Part shown: positions 40,403-50,454 of the stretch, in pieces
Layout of the letters: the number at the start of each line of letters is the position of its first letter
Numbering within the stretch: position 1 is the first letter of the stretch
NCBI GenBank assembly: GCA_016787225.1
Contig: JAEUUY010000026.1
Span: 172,414-236,413, forward strand
Origin: Chitinophagales bacterium
GTDB taxonomy: Bacteria; Bacteroidota; Bacteroidia; Chitinophagales; JADJOU01
Direction: 5' to 3'
Length of the DNA: 64,000 bases
Notes under the pieces: model-generated
Seen by the model: only the letters and a program-made list of their open reading frames with translations
Told to the model about the DNA's origin: nothing
Databases searched by the model: none
Program-made: the position numbers and the translations under genes

Positions 40403-43400
40403 TTGATTAATAACACAAAGATAGTAGGAATGAATAAATTCTCTTCAATAAAATACTTTTTTATCTTATTTTTTGTTCCGTTTTTCTCTTATGGGCAATT
40501 GTTTACGCTCATGCCTAAGGAATCTACAGGAATAGACTTTGCGAATCACCTCGTGGAATCTCGCTACCTTAATATATTCACTTACGAGTATTTATTTAAT
40601 GGTGCTGGAACTTGTATAGGTGACATCAATAATGATGGACTCAATGATATTTTCTTTGCAGGCAATATGATGGCTAACAAGCTCTATCTCAATAAAGGCA
40701 ATTTAAAATTTGAGGATATCAGTAAATCCGCATCTATTGATAAAGGGGATGGTTTTAATACCGGTGCCTGCATGATGGACGTGAATGGCGATGGCTGGCT
40801 CGATATTTATGTTTGTAAATCTGCAATAGCGGATCCTAAATACCGAACTCATAACTTATATATCAATAATAAAAATAATACTTTTACTGACCGTATTACT
40901 GAAATGGGACTTGCTGATAGTTCTTATAGCACCATGTCCTATTTTGCCGATTTTGACAATGACGGCGATTTAGATTTATTCCTTCTTAATCACCCTTCTG
41001 CTATGGGTGAAGCTAAGAAAATTGTACTGACCTATGACAAAGATGGGAAGTTAGTGACGAAAAAACCGGAGACCTATCAATTCATATCTGATAGATTTTT
41101 TGTCAATGAAAATGGCAAGTTTGTAGATAAGTCCGAACAAGCAGGGATTCAAGATAATTTTTTCGGGTTGAGTGCAGTCATAGCTGATTTCAATTACGAT
41201 GGTTTTTTTGATATCTTCGTAGCCAATGACTATACGGGCTATGACAGACTTTTTATCAATAATAAAAACAATACATTTACAGATTCAGGTGAACACTATC
41301 TCCCTCACATCAGTTATAATTCAATGGGGTCAGATTTTGCAGATATGGATAATGATGGGCTCGATGACTTGCTAGTTGTAGATATGCTTCCAGAAGAAAA
41401 CTATAGACAAAAGCAGTTTAGACAAACGATGGAGTATGACCAATATGCTAAACTCATAAAGCACAACTACCGTTCACAATTCGTAAAAAATGTATATCAG
41501 AAGCGCATACCCAATAAGCGATTTGCAGATATAGCACACACGGTAGGTCTCGCAAATACAGACTGGAGCTGGGCACCCTTAATGGCTGATTTTGACAATA
41601 ATGGACACAAAGATTTGTATATTTCCAATGGTTATTACCATGATTTTACGGATCAGGATTTTATGAAATTCAAACTAGATTCCATAAAAAAAGAAGCTTT
41701 GAAAGAAGATAATTTGGAAAAAGTAAGAAATCTATTGGCCAATGTACCAACAGTAAGGGTCAATAATTACTTTTTTTCAAATGAGGGCAACCTCAATCTC
41801 GTTCGCAATCCTAAAGGAACAGGGCTGGAATACCCATCTGTTAGTAATAGTGCCGCCTATGGTGACTTAGATAATGATGGTGATTTAGAAATCGTGGTGA
41901 GTAATATCAATCAAGAATGTTTTGTGTTCAGAAATAATTTAATGGAAAATAAAGGTGGTAACTTTATTCGAGTGAAATTAAATTCAAAAAAATCACCCAA
42001 CTCAATTTATCATGCACGAATATTTGCTGAAACCCCTGATGGTAACAAGCAATATTATCGCCACTACCCGATACGCGGATTTATGGGAAGCCATGAACAC
42101 TTTACCCATATAGGGATAGGGAAAAATACAGAAGCTAAAATCAAGGTAGAATTTCTCAATAAGAAAACTTATTTAGAAATTCAAGCTAAAGCCAATGAAG
42201 TTCTCAATATCGACATTGATGAGGCGCAGTATCTACCTATTCCACCTGCTGCTCCGCTGCAGTATAACTTTGTAGACAAAACCGCTAGTTCAAAAATAGA
42301 ACACCTCTGTAGGGATAATGATTATATTGATTACAAACTAGAACCTCTAATTCCACGCAAATACTCCTATGAAGGCCCGACCATTTCTGTAGGGGACATC
42401 AATGGAGATAAATTAGAAGATTTTTTTGTAGGTGGTGCCAAAGATATTCTGGGAGGATTTTTTATTCAAAATACAGATGGGACATTTATAAAGCGCTCTT
42501 ATGAATCCTTCGTAAAAGATAAAATTTATGAAGACTGCGGTTCCGCATTTCTAGATTTTGACAAAGATGGCGATTTGGATATTATCGTCACCTCCGGTGG
42601 AAATGACTTTCCGAATGAACCTAAAAAGTATCCGGTGAGGCTATATGTTAATAAAGACAATAATTTTATAAGGGCAGACAGCACTATATTTCCAAATATC
42701 TATACCAGCTCAAAAGCTATAGCTATTGAGGATTACAACAAAGATGGTTTCCCAGATGTATTTATTGGAGGCATGATTGTTCCTGGTCATTATGGTCGCA
42801 AACCTATGAGCTATTTATTAAATAATATCAATGGGAAATTTGCGATAGATGAATTTTCTAAAAAGAATGAAAAGCTACAGATGATCAATGATGCCAAATG
42901 GATAGACATTGACCGCGATGGGAATAAAGACCTCCTTGTGGTGGGCGAATGGACGGCACCTATGGTCTATAGAAATATCAATGGGCGACTTGAAAATCAA
43001 AACCTATCCCTTGGCAATTTTAGAGGTTGGTGGCGATCGATCACTCTCGCTGATATGAATGGCGATGGCATAGAAGATATCATATTAGGCAATTATGGTA
43101 CCAATAGCCGATATAAAGGTGATAATAATTATCCTCTGACTGCATTAGTCCATGATTTTGACAAAAATGGTTCTACGGATGTAGTCTTATCCACCTATAT
43201 TGATGGAGTAAGCAGACCGATCATGATTCGTGACAATGTTCTGGACCAAATGCCATTTCTTAAGAAGCGATTCAATCGCTATGAAAAATATTCAAAAGCG
43301 ACGACAAATGATCTTTTCACTCCAGAAGAAGTCAAGGGTGCAGATACATTGATTGCCAATTTCATGAGTAGTATGATTATTTTTAATCTACCAAACGGAA

Positions 43401-43726
43401 AATTCAATGCGAAAGTTCTACCATTAGAAGCCCAAGCTTTTCCTATGAATGCAGTTATTCCTTTTGATATCAATAAAGATGGGAAAATGGATTTATTACT
43501 AGGAGGCAATGACTACAATATTGAAATAGAGACTGGTCGACTCGATGCAGGTCAGGGAGTCATACTGGAATCTAATGCAAGCGGAAACTATGTTGTAAAT
43601 CATAGCAACAATTTCAATCTCTGGGGAGACGTTAAAGTAGTTAAACCTATAACTGTAAAAGGAGAATCAATGCTTCTCATCGGAAGAAATAGCGAACCCC
43701 TTCAACTACTTAAAATACCAAAATAA
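40403..43726 (+). CDS. CRTAC1-family protein: FG-GAP/VCBS beta-propeller repeats plus an ASPIC/UnbV C-terminal domain
   Basis: Repeated DxNxDGxxD motifs (INNDGLNDIFFAGN, VNGDGWLDIYVC, FDNDGDLDLFL, LDNDGDLEIVV ...); 1107 aa; signal peptide. Confidence 0.8.
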   Translation: MINNTKIVGMNKFSSIKYFFILFFVPFFSYGQLFTLMPKESTGIDFANHLVESRYLNIFTYEYLFNGAGTCIGDINNDGLNDIFFAGNMMANKLYLNKGNLKFEDISKSASIDKGDGFNTGACMMDVNGDGWLDIYVCKSAIADPKYRTHNLYINNKNNTFTDRITEMGLADSSYSTMSYFADFDNDGDLDLFLLNHPSAMGEAKKIVLTYDKDGKLVTKKPETYQFISDRFFVNENGKFVDKSEQAGIQDNFFGLSAVIADFNYDGFFDIFVANDYTGYDRLFINNKNNTFTDSGEHYLPHISYNSMGSDFADMDNDGLDDLLVVDMLPEENYRQKQFRQTMEYDQYAKLIKHNYRSQFVKNVYQKRIPNKRFADIAHTVGLANTDWSWAPLMADFDNNGHKDLYISNGYYHDFTDQDFMKFKLDSIKKEALKEDNLEKVRNLLANVPTVRVNNYFFSNEGNLNLVRNPKGTGLEYPSVSNSAAYGDLDNDGDLEIVVSNINQECFVFRNNLMENKGGNFIRVKLNSKKSPNSIYHARIFAETPDGNKQYYRHYPIRGFMGSHEHFTHIGIGKNTEAKIKVEFLNKKTYLEIQAKANEVLNIDIDEAQYLPIPPAAPLQYNFVDKTASSKIEHLCRDNDYIDYKLEPLIPRKYSYEGPTISVGDINGDKLEDFFVGGAKDILGGFFIQNTDGTFIKRSYESFVKDKIYEDCGSAFLDFDKDGDLDIIVTSGGNDFPNEPKKYPVRLYVNKDNNFIRADSTIFPNIYTSSKAIAIEDYNKDGFPDVFIGGMIVPGHYGRKPMSYLLNNINGKFAIDEFSKKNEKLQMINDAKWIDIDRDGNKDLLVVGEWTAPMVYRNINGRLENQNLSLGNFRGWWRSITLADMNGDGIEDIILGNYGTNSRYKGDNNYPLTALVHDFDKNGSTDVVLSTYIDGVSRPIMIRDNVLDQMPFLKKRFNRYEKYSKATTNDLFTPEEVKGADTLIANFMSSMIIFNLPNGKFNAKVLPLEAQAFPMNAVIPFDINKDGKMDLLLGGNDYNIEIETGRLDAGQGVILESNASGNYVVNHSNNFNLWGDVKVVKPITVKGESMLLIGRNSEPLQLLKIPK

Positions 43727-43728
43727 CA

Positions 43729-44136
43729 ATGCGTTCTTCGATTACACGTAGAGAAATATTCAATGCCGCTCATCGGCTATTCCGTCCAGAACTATCCGAT
43801 GAAGAGAATATCAAAATTTTCGGAAAATGTGCCTACCCAAACTATCACGGGCATAATTATGAGCTCCATGTTACCTTGACCGGAGAGATAGACCCCTACA
43901 CAGGTTTTGTTTATGACATAGCTGATTTGAAGAAAATAATCAAGGAAGAGGTGACCGAACCATTTGATCATCGCAATCTCAATCTCGATACTCCTGATTT
44001 TCAAAATCTCAACCCTACAGTAGAGAATATTTGTCTGGTGATTTATAATAAAATTAGACCACGAATAGACCATAAATACGACCTTAAGGTCAAAGTATAT
44101 GAAACTATTCGAAATTATTCAGAATATCCAGCCTAG
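43729..44136 (+). CDS. queD: 6-carboxy-5,6,7,8-tetrahydropterin synthase / 6-pyruvoyl-tetrahydropterin synthase family
   Basis: FNAAHRL ... YHGHNYELHVTLTGEIDPYTGFVYDIADLKKII; 135 aa. Confidence 0.8.
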   Translation: MRSSITRREIFNAAHRLFRPELSDEENIKIFGKCAYPNYHGHNYELHVTLTGEIDPYTGFVYDIADLKKIIKEEVTEPFDHRNLNLDTPDFQNLNPTVENICLVIYNKIRPRIDHKYDLKVKVYETIRNYSEYPA

Positions 44137-44252
44137 AATTAATCTATGGTAATCTCTTTTTTAACTCTTCATCTTCATTAAAAATTCTAATTTTTATTGT
44201 CAAGACCTTATATTTGCTATGTTAATTTTTTCTAATTCAAAATTATACGCGT

Positions 44253-45350
44253 ATGAAATTTAATAAATTACACATTATTTACTTTTTTTTTGTTGTTACA
44301 GCTTACTTTACTTTAATATCAAAGAAAGACGGAATTTCAAATGTAAGTTCTACCGGATGTGGTGGTACAGGTTGTCATGGGTCTACCGCCAATAGTGCTA
44401 CAACCATATCCATGGACTTTGATGGCAATTCTAGTCTGACATCGTACACTCCTGGCAAAAAATATGCAGTAGTATTAGAGGTTGCTAATTCTAATCTCAT
44501 CGGAGTAGGCACTGCCAAGGCTGGATTTGACCTAAATTTTTCTGCTGGTACCTTATCAGCTACCCCATCAGGCACTATGCTCATGACACGAGAATTACAT
44601 CATACTACCCCCAAAGCTATGACTAATGGGTCCGCCACCTTCTCTTTTGACTGGACTGCACCGGCAGCAGGTTCAGGAACAGTAACTATCAATATCGCTG
44701 CTAATGGTGTAAATGGCACCGGAGATGCGAATGGAGATGCATGGAATATAAAAACCATTCCCCTAACAGAGTTTATTGCTCCCAAAAAAGCGAATATCTC
44801 TACTATAGCATCTTCCGCTATCACTACTACAACTGCCACTATCTCAGCACAAATCAATGCAAATGGCAATGCAACCAGTGCTGAAGTACAATATGGGACT
44901 ACCACTGCATATGGCGCCACTAAGGCTATGACCCCCGCTAGTATAACAGGATCTGCTAACACTGCTGCTACAGCTGCTCTTACAGGCTTGACACCAAACA
45001 CAACCTATAATTATAGAATTAAAGCAACAAACACGGCTGGAGATTCCCTTTCCGCAAACAGTACGTTTAAAACTAATAGTGCTGGTGCTGCAATTCTCAA
45101 TAATTCAGGCGGCACGATTAATCTATACCCTAATCCAAGTTCTGATTATGCTATCATATCAGGCGATGCTTTAAATCAAGCAAAAGAAATAATTGCAGTT
45201 AATATGTCTGGCATGAGATTTTCACTACCAATCGTATACGCAAAGTCTGACCAAATCAAAATAAATACGAGCGGACTCAGCAAAGGAAAGTATTTCATAC
45301 AAATACCATCTGGCGATAAAACAAGCAATCTACCATTGCTTATAGACTAA
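44253..45350 (+). CDS. Secreted protein with T9SS type-A C-terminal sorting domain; Cys-rich GCGGTGCHG near the N-terminus
   Basis: Signal/TM N-terminus, Thr/Ala-rich Ig-like middle, C-terminal LYPNPSSDYAIISGD...KGKYFIQI por-secretion tail. Confidence 0.7.
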   Translation: MKFNKLHIIYFFFVVTAYFTLISKKDGISNVSSTGCGGTGCHGSTANSATTISMDFDGNSSLTSYTPGKKYAVVLEVANSNLIGVGTAKAGFDLNFSAGTLSATPSGTMLMTRELHHTTPKAMTNGSATFSFDWTAPAAGSGTVTINIAANGVNGTGDANGDAWNIKTIPLTEFIAPKKANISTIASSAITTTTATISAQINANGNATSAEVQYGTTTAYGATKAMTPASITGSANTAATAALTGLTPNTTYNYRIKATNTAGDSLSANSTFKTNSAGAAILNNSGGTINLYPNPSSDYAIISGDALNQAKEIIAVNMSGMRFSLPIVYAKSDQIKINTSGLSKGKYFIQIPSGDKTSNLPLLID

Positions 45351-45355
45351 TTTTT

Positions 45356-46753
45356 TTATTTTTTCTCCAATAATACGATACACTCAATGTGTATCGTATG
45401 GGGAAACATATCTACAGGTTGAACTAGTTTTATTCGATAATTTTCTGTTAAGACCTTTAAATCATTCGCCATGGTTTGGGGGTTGCAGCTGACATAAACT
45501 ATTTTAGGGCAGCCAGAATTGGTTAGTTCATTGACCACATCAGGATGCATTCCTGCACGTGGAGGATCTGTAATAATGACATCTGGACTTCCTATCTTGG
45601 ATATAAACTCAGACTTAAATATATCCTTGATATCGGCAGCATAGTAATCACAATTTTCCATGCCATTAATTTTGGCATTCATTCGTGCATCTACTATGGC
45701 CTCTTCTACGAGTTCGATTCCTACTATCTTTTTAGCTTTTTCAGCAAGATAGATGCCAATACTTCCTACTCCACAATATAAATCATAAATCACTTGCCCC
45801 TCTTTGATTTCTGCCAATTCTCCTACTAATTCATATAATTGAATGCATTGCTCCGTATTGGTTTGAAAAAATGATTTTGGCGTAATTCTAAACTTCTTTT
45901 CCTTGAGGTATTCAAATATAAAATCTTGACCATGATATACATGAAAGTCGAGATCATAAATTGTGTTATTTGATTTTTTATTGATTGTATATTGCAAAGA
46001 GATAATTTCAGGGAACTTCTGCTTAATAGCTTCTAATAGCTTCATAAAATTATCTTCCATTTCATACACCTGTATACATATCATCCACTCATTCTTCACA
46101 TTATTTCGTACTAAAATATTTCGAAGACAACCTTTCTTCTGCATGATATCGTAGAAGGAGAGCTCTAATTGAAATGCTTGGTCTCGGATAAAATTTCTAA
46201 TTTCGTTGTTTAATTCGGGCATATGAAAACATTCATGAATATCCAGAACCTTATCAAACATTCCTACCAGATGAAATCCAATTCCATTCCTATTGAAGGT
46301 GATATCAGAGTGCAACTCTTCATTGGTAAGCCATCGTCTATTGCTGACGGCATAGTCAAGTTTATTCCGATAATGCTCCGTTTTTTCACAGCCTAAGATG
46401 GGTAAAATATTCAGACTTTTAAACCCACCAATGCGCTCCAGTGCATTGATAACCACGCCTTGTTTCCACTGAAGCTGTGTAGCATAGTCTACATGCTGAG
46501 TTTTACAACCACCGCATTGCTCATAATGCTTACAATATGGCTTCATGCGACTTTTCGAAGGGGTTATTACATTTAAAATTTTACCAGTCTCAAAATTTTT
46601 ATGACTTTTCTTGACTTGAATTTTTACAATATCTCCCGTCACTCCTCCTTCTACAAATATTACTTTGCCATCTAGTTTTACTATACCTTTTCCTTCAGAA
46701 GATATGTCTTCCACTGTAACATTTTCTAGTTCATAAAATTTAGTCTTAGCCAA
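45356..46753 (-). CDS. rlmD: 23S rRNA (uracil-5-)-methyltransferase RlmD/RumA family (TRAM + Fe-S + SAM MTase)
   Basis: TRAM domain N-terminus, Cys cluster CKHYEQCGGCKTQH, SAM motif DLYCGVGSIGIYLA, C-terminal catalytic VDMFPHTIHIECI. Confidence 0.85.
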   Translation of the reverse strand: MAKTKFYELENVTVEDISSEGKGIVKLDGKVIFVEGGVTGDIVKIQVKKSHKNFETGKILNVITPSKSRMKPYCKHYEQCGGCKTQHVDYATQLQWKQGVVINALERIGGFKSLNILPILGCEKTEHYRNKLDYAVSNRRWLTNEELHSDITFNRNGIGFHLVGMFDKVLDIHECFHMPELNNEIRNFIRDQAFQLELSFYDIMQKKGCLRNILVRNNVKNEWMICIQVYEMEDNFMKLLEAIKQKFPEIISLQYTINKKSNNTIYDLDFHVYHGQDFIFEYLKEKKFRITPKSFFQTNTEQCIQLYELVGELAEIKEGQVIYDLYCGVGSIGIYLAEKAKKIVGIELVEEAIVDARMNAKINGMENCDYYAADIKDIFKSEFISKIGSPDVIITDPPRAGMHPDVVNELTNSGCPKIVYVSCNPQTMANDLKVLTENYRIKLVQPVDMFPHTIHIECIVLLEKK

Positions 46754-46909
46754 ATCAGTTATTTTTATTTCGACGCCAAAAGTACAAAGATAATTGAGTA
46801 AATTTTTTTTTATTAATTCCCTCTATGATAAGTCCCCAATAATATCATTCTTACTTTAGGGCTTGCTGAATAACGTCAAAACAGTTGAATGATATAGATT
46901 TATAAAGTA

Positions 46910-47035
46910 ATACCGTAAGCGTATTAGTAATAGTCCAATGTCGCATGGCTCATTGCACTAAACAAATACAGATACGGCATTTACCATAGCAAGGTTTTAA
47001 AATGGGTTGGAACATTTTAAAACTGCTATTGGCAT
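46910..47035 (+). repeat. Copy 2 of the ~126 nt dispersed repeat, embedded in a ~285 bp segment bounded by a perfect 16 bp inverted repeat
   Basis: Matches 30685..30810; flanked by GGGCTTGCTGAATAAC (46859-46874) and GTTATTCAGCAAGCCC (47159-47174). Confidence 0.8.
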
Positions 47036-47178
47036 AAGTATGCATTTTAACCCAAAAATATTTGACTACTCAGAAACACACCAACTACTTCGCCATCTGC
47101 ACCTCGCAGTATTATTATACAGCGTCGGCTTGATGGCTCGTATTTGGCGCATTTCTGAGTTATTCAGCAAGCCCTACT

Positions 47179-48144
47179 TTACCTCAAATACTTCACATCT
47201 GTCAAAGTTTGCAGAAATGCTGAGATTTCCTTAATTTCTTCCTCCGTTATTATACTGGGAGGTTTATAATCATAGGTCTGACGTTTTTGTGAAACATGAT
47301 AACGAATTGCATCTTCTAAATCATCAATTCGTCCATCATGAAAATAGGGAGCAGTGATAGCTATATTTCGAAGTGTTGGTGTTTTGAATCGTCCTCGATC
47401 AATAGGAATCAAAGTATTAGCAAATACTCCTAGCCTACCCTTAATAGAATCTTCTAAGCCAAGATTATAATGCTCCGAGTCGGTAAATAATGGGGAAGTA
47501 TGACATTTCTGGCATTTCCCTTTGCCAAAAAATAACCGCATTCCATTCTTTTCCGTTTGTGATAGAATACTAGAGTCTTTACTAGCAAGAAAACGATCGA
47601 ATCTCGAATGAAATGCTATAAGTGATTTCATATAGGCTGCCAATGCCCAGGTGATGGTTCTCCTGTTGAGGGGGCGTCCATATGTATTCATTGAAAGCTT
47701 TTGATATTCTGTAATATATCTAAATTTTTCTTCTAGCTCTATAAAACTTGTATTCATCTCATTCGTATCCAAGAGGGGTATGATAGGTTGTATCTCGATA
47801 CTATGTGAACCTCGGTCAAACATAAACGAGTTCAGAAATCCAACATTTAACAAGGTAGATGAATTGTGTTTCGAGAATCTACCCTCGAATCCCTGACTAA
47901 TTTTCTTTCCATCGGTAAATGCCAGTTCAGGCAAATGGCAGGTCGCACAAGAAACTTTATTATTCTTTGAAAGACGAGTATCAAAGAACAATTTTTCACC
48001 TAGCTCTATAGTTTCTTTCCTTACTGTATCAAAAAAAGTTCTATTTTTTTGTGGGAAATAGCTAGGATAGGTAATGAAAGGTTTTTTATCCTGACAAGAA
48101 TTAATGAAAATAAAAACTAAAGAATATACAAGATGAACTCTCAC
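47179..48144 (-). CDS. Di-haem cytochrome c peroxidase (CCP/MauG/MbnH family)
   Basis: Two CxxCH haem motifs (CATCH, CQKCH); conserved PTLRNIAITAPYFHDG segment. Confidence 0.85.
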   Translation of the reverse strand: MRVHLVYSLVFIFINSCQDKKPFITYPSYFPQKNRTFFDTVRKETIELGEKLFFDTRLSKNNKVSCATCHLPELAFTDGKKISQGFEGRFSKHNSSTLLNVGFLNSFMFDRGSHSIEIQPIIPLLDTNEMNTSFIELEEKFRYITEYQKLSMNTYGRPLNRRTITWALAAYMKSLIAFHSRFDRFLASKDSSILSQTEKNGMRLFFGKGKCQKCHTSPLFTDSEHYNLGLEDSIKGRLGVFANTLIPIDRGRFKTPTLRNIAITAPYFHDGRIDDLEDAIRYHVSQKRQTYDYKPPSIITEEEIKEISAFLQTLTDVKYLR

Positions 48145-48153
48145 GAACAGAGT

Positions 48154-48942
48154 TTACTCTAGACTAAAAGCCTTAGAGAAATTGAGTGCTACCTTATCTG
48201 TCAGTGGTCCATCTGAAGCATCGCCATGAGCTTGAGTTTCGCTATTTTTATAGTCTACATTAGATCCAACTGTAGGATAAAATATTTTCTCAATATTTAA
48301 ATGCAATCCATAGGTCTTAGGATTATTGACATCTAAAACAATGCTCACTGGCAGATTAGCCTGATACTTATAAGTCAAACCTGTATGGAAAGAATAAGGT
48401 ATCACGTTTCCTGCATTAGTTTTTATATTTCCTTCTATAACAACAAACCTATACTTAGACCCCATAGTCCAATACATATTTTTCCATGAACTTAAAGGAT
48501 GAGCCTCTGGATAGTTATTCGGATCGAGACTATTTGTCAAATCTCCCAACCCACACAAAAATGTAATAGTATCAATATTAGTAGGAAGAGACGCGCTTTT
48601 AAACACTAACTTATTCGAAACATTCTTTGTCGAAAATAAAAACACGGTATCGAGTTTTGCAGATTTCCCAGTTTTGTCTTTAAATCCGATACCCTGCATA
48701 TAAAAATCGAGTCTACTTATTAAAATAGAGTCACCATTTTTTAAATGAAAATATTGATTGACCTTTGCTTGAGTTCCATTAATTTGGGGTTTTACCTCCA
48801 TACTAATCTCCTGAGCTGTTCCTGAATTATTAGGCGCTGGATCCTTAGAAGTACATGAAACAAGGAAACCTAGGATAGCAGTAAAAAAAACGAAAAGTCT
48901 CATACTATAAGTTTTAATAATACAAAGGTAGTAAATAATCAA
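48154..48942 (-). CDS. Lipoprotein, possibly an MbnP-family partner of the downstream di-haem peroxidase; likely start MRLFVFFTAILGFLVSC near 48903
   Basis: Lipobox LVSC; ~250 aa Trp-containing beta-rich protein immediately upstream of, and co-directional with, the CCP-like gene (MbnP-MbnH arrangement). Family assignment is an inference. Confidence 0.45.
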   Translation of the reverse strand: MIIYYLCIIKTYSMRLFVFFTAILGFLVSCTSKDPAPNNSGTAQEISMEVKPQINGTQAKVNQYFHLKNGDSILISRLDFYMQGIGFKDKTGKSAKLDTVFLFSTKNVSNKLVFKSASLPTNIDTITFLCGLGDLTNSLDPNNYPEAHPLSSWKNMYWTMGSKYRFVVIEGNIKTNAGNVIPYSFHTGLTYKYQANLPVSIVLDVNNPKTYGLHLNIEKIFYPTVGSNVDYKNSETQAHGDASDGPLTDKVALNFSKAFSLE

Positions 48943-48968
48943 CTACATTTGTTCTTAAAAAGAATAAA

Positions 48969-49547
48969 ATGCTGGTCGTAGATAATCTGCTCGTGAGTGA
49001 AGAAGTATTCGAAAAACAATTTGTCTGTAATTTATCGAAATGCAAGGGAGCATGCTGTGTAGCTGGAGATTCAGGTGCGCCACTGACTAAAGAAGAAGTT
49101 AAAACTTTAGAATTAGAATATGAAAATTACAAAGATTATATAACCGAAGAAGGCAAAGCGAGTATTGCTAAAAATGGCTTTACTGAATTTGACCCAGAGG
49201 ACAAAAAGAACAAAACAGTACTGATAAAAAGTGGTCCGTGTGCCTATATCAATTATGAAAAAAATGGGACTGCTATTTGTGGGATTGAAAAAGCTTATCT
49301 TGAAGGAAAAACAAAGTTTCGCAAACCGATATCTTGTCATCTTTATCCAATTCGAGTATCTAGCATAGGTGAACTCACTGCGGCGAATTATGAAGAATGG
49401 GATATCTGTTCGGATGCATGCACGCTGGGTCAAGAGCTCAAAATGCCTGTCTATAAATTTCTCAAAGACCCTTTAATCAGAGCCTATGGAGAAGATACTT
49501 ATGCGACACTTGATAGCTATTATCAGCAAAACTATAATCAAAAATGA
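48969..49547 (+). CDS. DUF3109-family Cys-rich protein
   Basis: CNLSKCKGACCVAGDSGAPLT and later CxxxC patterns as in Bacteroidetes DUF3109. Confidence 0.55.
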   Translation: MLVVDNLLVSEEVFEKQFVCNLSKCKGACCVAGDSGAPLTKEEVKTLELEYENYKDYITEEGKASIAKNGFTEFDPEDKKNKTVLIKSGPCAYINYEKNGTAICGIEKAYLEGKTKFRKPISCHLYPIRVSSIGELTAANYEEWDICSDACTLGQELKMPVYKFLKDPLIRAYGEDTYATLDSYYQQNYNQK

Positions 49548-50428
49548 AAAAGCAATTACTACTAGCATTGTTTATATCTCTTAGCTCAGCGGTTTCTAGC
49601 CAGAGCAAGATAGATTATCCCATATACTTTGCATATAAAGTGGCAGAAATGGATACTACAGAAGAGAAAAGATTGGGGTTTTTCTTGAAAAATTTCGATT
49701 CATTTACGATTGATAGTCTTAGTATTCGAGCCTATTGCGACGACCGAGGCCGCAAAAAAATCAACGATACACTTTCTCAGAATAGAGCCAATTATATATT
49801 GCAATTTGTTAAGTCCAAAGTACCTTACCCTATTGCAAATACAACTAGTGGCTTAGGAAGTCTTGGCTTAATAGGACAACAACAAATAGATAGTCAGCGC
49901 AGCCTCAATAGACGTGCCGAGTTGGAATTATTTTACAGCATGAAAAAGAGTAAAAACCTAGCTAAGGGTAAAGCACTTGCAAAACCAAAGCAAGACTCTT
50001 TATTGAACAAGTTGCCGCTTTCAAGTCCTGTCAATTCAGAGCCTACCATTCAAGATTTTTTAAAGTCAGCCAAGAAAGGAGAAACTGTGGATTTAAAGAT
50101 ATATTTTGAAGGCTCGAGTAGTGTCATACTAAAGGCTTCTGCCCCTGAAATGGTCAATCTACTAAACTATATGAAAGCAAATCCTGGTCGAAAAATTAAA
50201 ATCACTGGTCATATCTATGATGAAAAAGCTCCAACGGATAAAGATGCCTACGACCTATTCGTCAAGGATAAAAACCTGTCTACCAACAGAGCCAAAAAAA
50301 TATTTACCTACCTTACTAATAATGGCATAGAAGAGAGCCGTGTAAGCTTCGAAGGCATGGCGGCGAAATATCCTCGTGGAGGTAGCCCAGAAGAGGATAG
50401 GCGAGTGGAGATAGAGGTTATAGAGTAG
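49544..50428 (+). CDS. OmpA-family protein (two OmpA-like peptidoglycan-binding modules)
   Basis: NRRAELELF and C-terminal RRVEIEVIE OmpA_C motifs; signal peptide. Confidence 0.7.
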   Translation: MKKQLLLALFISLSSAVSSQSKIDYPIYFAYKVAEMDTTEEKRLGFFLKNFDSFTIDSLSIRAYCDDRGRKKINDTLSQNRANYILQFVKSKVPYPIANTTSGLGSLGLIGQQQIDSQRSLNRRAELELFYSMKKSKNLAKGKALAKPKQDSLLNKLPLSSPVNSEPTIQDFLKSAKKGETVDLKIYFEGSSSVILKASAPEMVNLLNYMKANPGRKIKITGHIYDEKAPTDKDAYDLFVKDKNLSTNRAKKIFTYLTNNGIEESRVSFEGMAAKYPRGGSPEEDRRVEIEVIE

Positions 50429-50454
50429 TCTCAATTATATAAATGGCATTCATG

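Noticed and set aside
44375-45001. Minus-strand ORFs of 69 and 133 aa inside the T9SS protein gene
   Set aside because: Ala/Val-rich antisense translations of an Ala/Thr-rich coding region; artefactual.
47007-47234. 75-aa plus-strand ORF
   Set aside because: Begins inside the 126-nt repeat copy and runs through the split terminator palindrome; more parsimoniously non-coding.
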